From: an uncultured Gammaproteobacteria bacterium
Lineage (GTDB): Bacteria > Patescibacteriota > Microgenomatia > Levybacterales > GWA1-39-11
Direction of reading: 5' to 3'
DNA length: 64,000 nucleotides
Assembly (NCBI GenBank): GCA_964537315.1
Contig: CAZIAP010000002.1
Span: 107,237-171,236 of the forward strand
Both the position numbers and the translations under genes were made by a program. The number at the start of each line of letters is the position of its first letter. Position 1 is the stretch's first letter. Positions 57,733 to 64,000 of the stretch are shown here, one piece after another. The notes below the pieces were generated by a model. The model worked only from the letters and a program-made list of their open reading frames with translations. It searched no databases and had not been told where the DNA came from.

Positions 57733-60122
57733 ACGATTATAAAAACCTGTTTACATATTATTCTTTTTTTAATACTGGCTGGGTGGTATTGGTAAGATAT
57801 GTCATTTTTTTCGCGTGTTTACTGCTTCTTTTTCTATTTATCCAGGATCTAGATAAGTCTAAAATGATCTTAGCAGGATTCATGCTTTTTTTAGCAAATG
57901 AGCTATTTATACATCTGAAAATAAATAAAGTTCGTCCTCAAAAGACAGTTTCACAGGTTGCAGTCGATACGCTTGAGTTAGCAGTTTTTTTCCGTCCGCT
58001 TTTATTTCTTAGACATTCTAAGAATGGAATAGATCTTGCTCGTAAGCTGGTAAGACATCCCGCAAATACATATTTACTAGGAAAAATTACTGGTTCACTG
58101 GCGATACCAGAAGCAGATGTAGAAATAACAGCAATACTTCAAAAAGCTTATGTATTAGTTAATAGTGTAAAAGGACAGTATATCTCTCAACTCGATTTAT
58201 TTGCTGCTTATATTCTGCTCGCGGAAAACTCTGTGCACATGCTTGAGAATGCGGATATGAACGAACAGGACTTTATAAACATATACTACTGGGCACGTAA
58301 TTCCTATAAGGTTGATGAAAATAATAAGCCATTTAAGATGTCATTTTATGGAGATGGTTCTTTTGATTTTTTTGTTTACGGTTGGAGTACAGAGTTAAAA
58401 AAATATGCAAGAAGTGTTAATTCAAGTGTGCTTTCTCGCAAGCATATTCCTCGTGTTATCGGGCGAGGTGCAGAATACGAACAATTGATTGTTGCACTAA
58501 GTAAACCGCAAGCTCGCAATATACTGCTTATCGGTGAACCCGGTACCGGAAAAACTTCACTTGTCGAGTTTTTCTCGTACAATTCTCATCTTGGTAAAGT
58601 CCCTGCTCAACTATCTAATATGCAAGTATATGAAATATTCATTGATAGGTTACTAGCTGGAGTATCTGATAGAGGAGAGCTTGAACATCGTTTAGTTACA
58701 CTGATCGATGAAGCGGGTCATGCCGGAAACATCATATTATTTATACAGAACATTGAAAATATTTTTGGTGCGGGAGGATTTGATTTTGATATCTCAGGAG
58801 TACTATATGATTACCTTAAAAACGGAATGTTAACTGTTATCGGTACAACAACAAACTCCGCTTATAATACTCACATTGCAAATCGTGAAGCTACAGCTGC
58901 GCTTTTTACAGCAATCGATCTTCCTGAGCCGGATGAGGATACTACACTTTACATGTTATTTGAAAAAGTAGGAGATATAGAGCGTCAGTACGGTGTTGAT
59001 ATTACCTACTCTGCAGTAAAAACACTAACCACTTTATCAGGAAGTTATCTGACAGATAGAGCTTTGCCTGGAAAGGCGATTACTGTTTTAGAAGATATAG
59101 CTACCTCCCAGCAGATAAAAGGAAAACATCCTATTATTACAAAAGAAGTTGTGGAAGCGCATCTATCTGCGAAGACTCGCATTATTATTGGTAATCCAAC
59201 TAAAGAAGAAAAAGAACTACTGCTTAATCTTGAGGATAAACTGCACGAACGTATTGTAAGTCAGGATAGAGCAGTACAGGTAGTGGCAAATGCCATGCGT
59301 CGAGTTAGAAGTGGACTTAAATCAGGACATAGGCCAATAGCTGTTTTTCTATTTCTTGGACAGACTGGCGTGGGAAAAACGGAGACAGCAAAAGCTTTGG
59401 CAGAGGTTTATTTTGGAAGCGATGAGTCTATGATCAGGCTAGATATGAGTGAGTTTCAGAATCAGGATTCAATAGGAAAGTTACTAGGGGAGCAGGTTGG
59501 TCAAGAATACGCGGAAAATGCATTTACTGAGCAAGTTGCTAAAAATCCTTTTTCTCTCATCCTTTTAGATGAGTTTGAAAAAGCCCACCCGCAAATTTTA
59601 AATTTATTTCTTCAGGTTTTTGAGGATGGTAGGCTAACGGATAATAAAGGCAGAACTGTATCATTTCAAAACTCCATTATCATAGCTACATCCAACGCTG
59701 GTAGTGAGTATATACGTCAACAAGCTGGTCAGATTACCGACATTGATGTATTTACAAAACAGTTAATGGATATGCTGATGCGATCAGGACAGTTTAAGCC
59801 GGAGTTGCTTAACCGCTTTGATGAAACAGTTGTGTTTACTCCGCTTACCAAAGAAAATTTGCTCTCAGTTGCCAGCTTACTGCTTCAGAAAGCACTTGCT
59901 CCTCTGCAGGACAAGCAGATTAGCATAACATTTGATCAGGCTATTTTGAACAAAATCGTTTCAGAAAGCTATGATGAATATTTTGGAGCGCGGAACATTC
60001 GAAGATATATTACATCAACGGTTTCGGGATATATATCAGACCTCGTATTAAAAGATCAGCTTAAAAAAGGTTCACAGGCGGTACTTACAGTTGATTCATC
60101 GAATCAAATAACGATAAGATAG
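57690..60122 (+). CDS. Membrane-anchored Clp/Hsp100-like double AAA+ ATPase with degenerate D1 Walker B
   Basis: The N-terminal 90 aa form 2-3 TM helices in place of a Clp_N domain. D1 Walker A LIGEPGTGKTSLVEF. D1 Walker B reads ILFIQNIENIFGAG, i.e. QN where DE is expected (Q353/N354, nt 58746-58751). D2 Walker A FLFLGQTGVGKTETAKALAE and Walker B LILLDEFEKAHPQI are canonical. No IG[FL] loop. Confidence 0.75.
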   Translation: MGISLLCLSAIKLMNDYKNLFTYYSFFNTGWVVLVRYVIFFACLLLLFLFIQDLDKSKMILAGFMLFLANELFIHLKINKVRPQKTVSQVAVDTLELAVFFRPLLFLRHSKNGIDLARKLVRHPANTYLLGKITGSLAIPEADVEITAILQKAYVLVNSVKGQYISQLDLFAAYILLAENSVHMLENADMNEQDFINIYYWARNSYKVDENNKPFKMSFYGDGSFDFFVYGWSTELKKYARSVNSSVLSRKHIPRVIGRGAEYEQLIVALSKPQARNILLIGEPGTGKTSLVEFFSYNSHLGKVPAQLSNMQVYEIFIDRLLAGVSDRGELEHRLVTLIDEAGHAGNIILFIQNIENIFGAGGFDFDISGVLYDYLKNGMLTVIGTTTNSAYNTHIANREATAALFTAIDLPEPDEDTTLYMLFEKVGDIERQYGVDITYSAVKTLTTLSGSYLTDRALPGKAITVLEDIATSQQIKGKHPIITKEVVEAHLSAKTRIIIGNPTKEEKELLLNLEDKLHERIVSQDRAVQVVANAMRRVRSGLKSGHRPIAVFLFLGQTGVGKTETAKALAEVYFGSDESMIRLDMSEFQNQDSIGKLLGEQVGQEYAENAFTEQVAKNPFSLILLDEFEKAHPQILNLFLQVFEDGRLTDNKGRTVSFQNSIIIATSNAGSEYIRQQAGQITDIDVFTKQLMDMLMRSGQFKPELLNRFDETVVFTPLTKENLLSVASLLLQKALAPLQDKQISITFDQAILNKIVSESYDEYFGARNIRRYITSTVSGYISDLVLKDQLKKGSQAVLTVDSSNQITIR

Positions 60123-60128
60123 TATGAT

Positions 60129-61136
60129 ATGAAATTTGCATGCTTTGAAATTGATTCAGAAGAAAAGAAGTTTTTATCAAAGTTTTTAAAAGGACAAGAG
60201 CTTGTATACTTTGATCACCCACTTCGAGAAAGTAATTTAGACTCGATTGCTGATGTACAAGGGCTCATAATTTTTATTTACTCAAAGATTGATGAAGCAG
60301 TACTTGAAAAATTACCACAGTTAAAATTTATTACTACCATGTCTACAGGCTTCGATCATATTGATCTTGAAGCATGTGAAAGACGTAATATTGTTGTATC
60401 AAATGTCCCAACCTACGGAGAAGTGTCTGTGGCAGAGCATACATTCGCTTTAATCTTGGCTGTTTCAAGGCGAATTACTGAGTCATACAGTAGGGTAAAG
60501 AGTGGATACTTTTCTCCGGATGGTCTTACTGGATTTGACTTAAACGGAAAAACGCTCGGTGTAATTGGAGTGGGAACAATAGGGTCCCATGTAATTAAAA
60601 TTGCCAAAGGGTTTGGAATGAATGTGATTGCGTACAAACGATCACCTGATCCTGAACTTGAGAAAAAGCTTGATTTTAGGATTAAGGATTTAGAAACGGT
60701 ATTGCAGGAATCAGACATAATCAGTTTAAATCTTCCGTATAATCAGGAGACTCATCACCTTATTGATGATGAGAAATTTTATATGATGAAGAAAGGCGCT
60801 GTTATTATTAACACTGCACGTGGTGCTATTATTGATACCAAAGCAATGCTTGCAGCTCTTGAGCGTGGAGATCTGGGAGGAGCTGGTCTTGATGTTTGCG
60901 AAGGAGAACCTGTGTTAAATGAAGAGAGACAGCTACTGTCAAAACAGTTTAACAGTGAGGAGATGATGTACGTTATGAATGAACATATGCTACTATATTA
61001 TCCTAATGTTGTGATTACTCCTCATAATGCTTTCAATAGCCAAGAGTCGCTAAAAATTATTCTTAATACGACTGTGGAAAATGTTAACGCATTTAATAAT
61101 AACCAACCAAAGAATGTGGTTGGTGCGAAAAATTAA
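60129..61136 (+). CDS. D-isomer-specific 2-hydroxyacid dehydrogenase (D-lactate/phosphoglycerate dehydrogenase family)
   Basis: NAD-binding GVIGVGTIGSHVIKIAKGFGMNVIAY. Catalytic Arg/Glu/His pattern (NTARGAIID...E...HNAF). Confidence 0.8.
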   Translation: MKFACFEIDSEEKKFLSKFLKGQELVYFDHPLRESNLDSIADVQGLIIFIYSKIDEAVLEKLPQLKFITTMSTGFDHIDLEACERRNIVVSNVPTYGEVSVAEHTFALILAVSRRITESYSRVKSGYFSPDGLTGFDLNGKTLGVIGVGTIGSHVIKIAKGFGMNVIAYKRSPDPELEKKLDFRIKDLETVLQESDIISLNLPYNQETHHLIDDEKFYMMKKGAVIINTARGAIIDTKAMLAALERGDLGGAGLDVCEGEPVLNEERQLLSKQFNSEEMMYVMNEHMLLYYPNVVITPHNAFNSQESLKIILNTTVENVNAFNNNQPKNVVGAKN

Positions 61137-61167
61137 ATTGAACCCGTTAATTCGTTAATAAATAGTA

Positions 61168-61737
61168 TTATTGTAGTTCCGCAAATACAAGTAGCCTTCT
61201 CAGATCAGTTCCAACTGGTGTGCAAGTTTGTAGAATCAAGTCCGCGTTGGGTTTTTTCAGATATTGTACTTCACTTGGCCAGACCTCTTTAATTTCAATT
61301 ACTTTATAAGTATATTTTTTATCTCCGTTTGTGATGGTGATTTCATCTTTAATCTGGAGCTGGTGAAGTTTAAAAAAAGCAGTGTTGTATTGTGTAATAT
61401 TCCAAGGATAATCTGATGAGTGAGCAAAAAGGTAAGTTCCTTTTTGACCCGGAAGAGCAGTACCTTTAGCGTGTGCTATGCCGTGCCTCAATGAATCTTT
61501 GTATTCTGACTCATTCCAAGGATCAACATTTTTAACGATGGGCGCAGCAGCTTTAATCTTAGGAATTTCAATCCAATAAGATTCCGAATCTTGAGCTACA
61601 GCGACATTTTGCAACGGTGTAGGTGGAGTAAAAAAATATATACGAATAATAGGAGTGTATATGTAAAGCAGTAAAATAACTGCAGATATCATAAGTGCTG
61701 TTCCTAGTTTTTGGTGAAATTTTTTTGGTTGTATCAT
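61168..61737 (-). CDS. Sortase-family transpeptidase
   Basis: N-terminal TM. Active-site TLxTC-type motif LILQTCTP with Arg downstream (DLRRLL), and upstream His (LFAHSSD). 189 aa. Confidence 0.65.
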   Translation of the reverse strand: MIQPKKFHQKLGTALMISAVILLLYIYTPIIRIYFFTPPTPLQNVAVAQDSESYWIEIPKIKAAAPIVKNVDPWNESEYKDSLRHGIAHAKGTALPGQKGTYLFAHSSDYPWNITQYNTAFFKLHQLQIKDEITITNGDKKYTYKVIEIKEVWPSEVQYLKKPNADLILQTCTPVGTDLRRLLVFAELQ

Positions 61738-61788
61738 GTGGATATTATTGCGAACGAGGAAACTGGAGTCAAGGAAAAGAGACTCGGA

Positions 61789-62934
61789 CTATCGTGCTAA
61801 TCCCGGTGCACAGCCGGAACGGAATCGCAGATACCATCCTGCAAAGAACATTATTAAGCTTGCGATAGTTGCCCATAGTAAGAAGAGGCTTCCTGTAACT
61901 GGCAGTACTTCACCGATAGCTGCTCCAAGAATGTCACCATTTGGTGCTCCGTTACCACCGATATGACCATTACCATTACTAACTTGGGTGGGAGGGGTGG
62001 TTGGTTTTTCATGTTTCTCTGGTTTTTCGGGTTTAGGTTTTTCAGGACAGTCACAATCAGCTTTTAAATGGTTAATATTTATATCTTTATTAACAACTGT
62101 GGCAACGGACTTAATGTCACCTGTGTGAATTTTTATATCTCCTTCATTATCGTTTGCGACATTGCCTCCAGTATTTAAGTTGTGTTTAATATCATTGAAT
62201 ATGTTTGCAAGATTGGTGCTGTTAAAAGTTTTAGATTCATCTACCTTAAATAGTAGTTTATTAAATGATCCGTACCCATTACCAAAAATTTTTAATATCA
62301 TCTCATTTGATGATTTGCATGAGCCGTCACAGTTAACTCCGTTTAAATTGATGAATGAGTTGTTGATTCTCTTATTCTCAATATTAGTTTCAGCAGTTAT
62401 ATGTCCGGATCTAATTGATACATCACCTTTGTTCCAGTTTGCTGAGTTGTTTCCTGTGTTAGCGTTTACAATCACATTATTAGATATGAATGCGTAGTTA
62501 TCTTGATTAAATGTTGTATTGTTAGAGGCGTCAGCAGTGATAGAATTATTAGATTTGCTGCTATTTCCACTGATTTGTGCTGTACCGCCTGTTAAGCCTC
62601 CGCTAGGAATATGCGCAATGTTTTGGTTAATGCCACTATTTGTGATGTTTGTCTCTGTTTTTATGTCTCCGGTTGAGATATTGGTATCCCCTGAGTTGTC
62701 AGTAGCAGTATTATCTCCGGTATTAGTATTTACCTCGACATTGTTTTCAATATTTGCAGTATTGTTTTGTTGAAAATTAGAAGTAGATTCAGAGGTGATA
62801 TTAATAGAGTTATTAGATCCTTGATCATTGTCCGTGATAGAAAAATTAGAATCGTCAGCATATACCGGAATTACAGATCCAAATACTGATACAAGTACTA
62901 TTCCGAATGTTATAAAGGTTTTTGTGTTGTACAT
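61789..62934 (-). CDS. LPXTG-anchored surface protein built from Asn/Thr/Gly-rich ~33-aa repeats
   Basis: Signal peptide. Repeats of the form N-x-N-T-G-x-N-x-A-x-x-N-x-G-D-x-x-I-x-T-G-D-I. PEKPKPEKPEKHEKP stalk. C-terminal LPVTG (61885-61899), then a hydrophobic helix and a basic tail RFRSG. Confidence 0.7.
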   Translation of the reverse strand: MYNTKTFITFGIVLVSVFGSVIPVYADDSNFSITDNDQGSNNSINITSESTSNFQQNNTANIENNVEVNTNTGDNTATDNSGDTNISTGDIKTETNITNSGINQNIAHIPSGGLTGGTAQISGNSSKSNNSITADASNNTTFNQDNYAFISNNVIVNANTGNNSANWNKGDVSIRSGHITAETNIENKRINNSFINLNGVNCDGSCKSSNEMILKIFGNGYGSFNKLLFKVDESKTFNSTNLANIFNDIKHNLNTGGNVANDNEGDIKIHTGDIKSVATVVNKDININHLKADCDCPEKPKPEKPEKHEKPTTPPTQVSNGNGHIGGNGAPNGDILGAAIGEVLPVTGSLFLLWATIASLIMFFAGWYLRFRSGCAPGLAR

Positions 62935-63016
62935 AGTATATAAATATAAAAATTAAGTTACAGACTAGATAATATTCCGTATGAATACTGTATGAAGGCA
63001 AGACAATATTCTTAAT

Positions 63017-64000
63017 TTATATTTGGACAGGACGCCTTATTAATCTTTTTGTAACTTTAGTTGCAATTAATAGTATTGGCAGAATAACTAATAACCAGGC
63101 TAGGTTAATTGTTAGTTTTTGCGTGTCCGCTACTATATCCTGGACTGATGATGATCCTTTTACAGCACCAGCAACTCTTGTTTGTATATCAGATACTCCT
63201 TCCCGTAGGTTGTTACCTGCTGAGTAAGAAAGCCTAGTATTGCCGTTGGTATTAGTAGTAGATGCAGCAAGCGAAGTTGTAGTTGTAGAGGCATCAGATT
63301 CTTGAGTACCTTGACTTTGTTCATTAACATTCTTTTCGCTACTACCATGCTGCTGTCCTCCTCCTAGATTCGTAATCGAATTATTATTGTTTTCGGAATT
63401 TGTAGCAGTAGTATTTTGTACATTTTCTTTCTTCTGTCCAGGGGTTATAAAGTCTCCCATCCAGCTACCGAAAACATTAACAAATGTAACAACAAGCTTT
63501 CCGTCTCCTATGATATTGTTATTTACGAAGTTTATGAGATTTACTATTACGTTTGCGTCACCTGTTGTAATGCTGGTGTTACCCCTGTTATCATTTGCCT
63601 GATTCCCTCCTGTATTCGCACTGAGGTTAAGTGTGTTATTTATTTGTGCATTGTTTGTTTGTTCAGTTGTACTATTGTTAGATTGCGATACTGAAGACGT
63701 GTTAGTTGAGTCTTCTCCATTATTACTATTCCTTGCGACAATGTCTCCATTTTCATTCACTACAAACTCAGTTCCGCTTGAGCCAGCCATATTACTTCCT
63801 TCCGGTGCTCCAAGAATTCTTCCAATCCAGTTGCCTGCTTCATTAACAATGACTAGCCACCAAGTTTCACCTGAGTCGATATTAGAGTTTGCGATATTCA
63901 GCACATTGACATCCACATTGGCGTCTCCTGTAGTAATTGAGGAGTTACCACGATTGTCACTGGTTGTGTTATTACCAGTTGTAGCATCGATTACAATATC
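63017..64000 (-). CDS. Second repeat-family surface protein, 5' end beyond window; C-terminal TM + basic tail but no LPXTG
   Basis: Same N/T/G repeat unit (TTGNNTTSDNRGNSSITTGDANV). The frame is open to the window edge: the ORF-track 'M' at 63916 is an internal GTG. The C-terminus reads ...LAWLLVILPILLIATKVTKRLIRRPVQI. Confidence 0.55.
   Translation of the reverse strand, partial: DIVIDATTGNNTTSDNRGNSSITTGDANVDVNVLNIANSNIDSGETWWLVIVNEAGNWIGRILGAPEGSNMAGSSGTEFVVNENGDIVARNSNNGEDSTNTSSVSQSNNSTTEQTNNAQINNTLNLSANTGGNQANDNRGNTSITTGDANVIVNLINFVNNNIIGDGKLVVTFVNVFGSWMGDFITPGQKKENVQNTTATNSENNNNSITNLGGGQQHGSSEKNVNEQSQGTQESDASTTTTSLAASTTNTNGNTRLSYSAGNNLREGVSDIQTRVAGAVKGSSSVQDIVADTQKLTINLAWLLVILPILLIATKVTKRLIRRPVQI

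Overview
Low-GC, gene-dense bacterial window read with the standard genetic code (long ORFs are not interrupted, so no UGA recoding). About 55 protein genes and one tRNA were called; most genes are short and packed with 4-bp overlaps. The content looks like a Gram-positive-type Candidate Phyla Radiation / Patescibacteria genome: sortase with an LPXTG substrate, an LCP protein, a FemAB protein, MurJ, and many membrane glycosyltransferases. Housekeeping genes are clear: tRNA-Ser(UGA), uvrD/pcrA-like helicase, tpiA, rpsT, murJ, lepA, groES-groEL, tatD, metG, hrcA-grpE-dnaK, a dnaJ-like gene and a D-2-hydroxyacid dehydrogenase. No rRNA, CRISPR array, transposase, integrase or prophage genes were seen. 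Two large accessory themes stand out. (1) A cell-envelope glycopolymer supercluster (552-3002, 5773-7152, 10786-21919, 33060-38357). It holds about six GT-C-fold polytopic membrane glycosyltransferases, three of them tandem paralogs, a YYY/DUF2298 protein, a processive GT2 with a QxxRW motif, a WecA/MraY-type GT4 and a UbiA-family enzyme resembling decaprenyl-phosphate phosphoribosyltransferase. It also holds an extended-SDR epimerase, a Rossmann FAD oxidoreductase, an LCP ligase and PilN/PilO-like proteins. Together these suggest an arabinogalactan-like pathway using polyprenyl-phospho-sugar donors. (2) A secreted-protein and stress module. Three neighbouring secreted proteins share a conserved N-terminal signal-anchor motif, P-x-T-L-x-L-I-K-x-N-Q-D-N-R-Q-x-A-A. 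Two are extremely Cys-rich, and one carries a dockerin-like C-terminus next to a cohesin-like protein. The hrcA-grpE-dnaK...dnaJ operon is interrupted by a small 2-TM protein, a large polytopic membrane protein (a possible VirB2/VirB6-like pair), an atypical ClpC-like AAA+ ATPase and a membrane-anchored S8 subtilase. A second, membrane-anchored Clp-like ATPase with a degenerate D1 Walker B (QN instead of DE) follows dnaJ. The 5' side of the sequence also holds an ATP-cone::Mrr-like endonuclease fusion. Regulatory signals include a CIRCE-like element overlapping the hrcA promoter, CTAATT/AATTAG repeat arrays flanking grpE-dnaK, and a perfect hairpin between groES and groEL.
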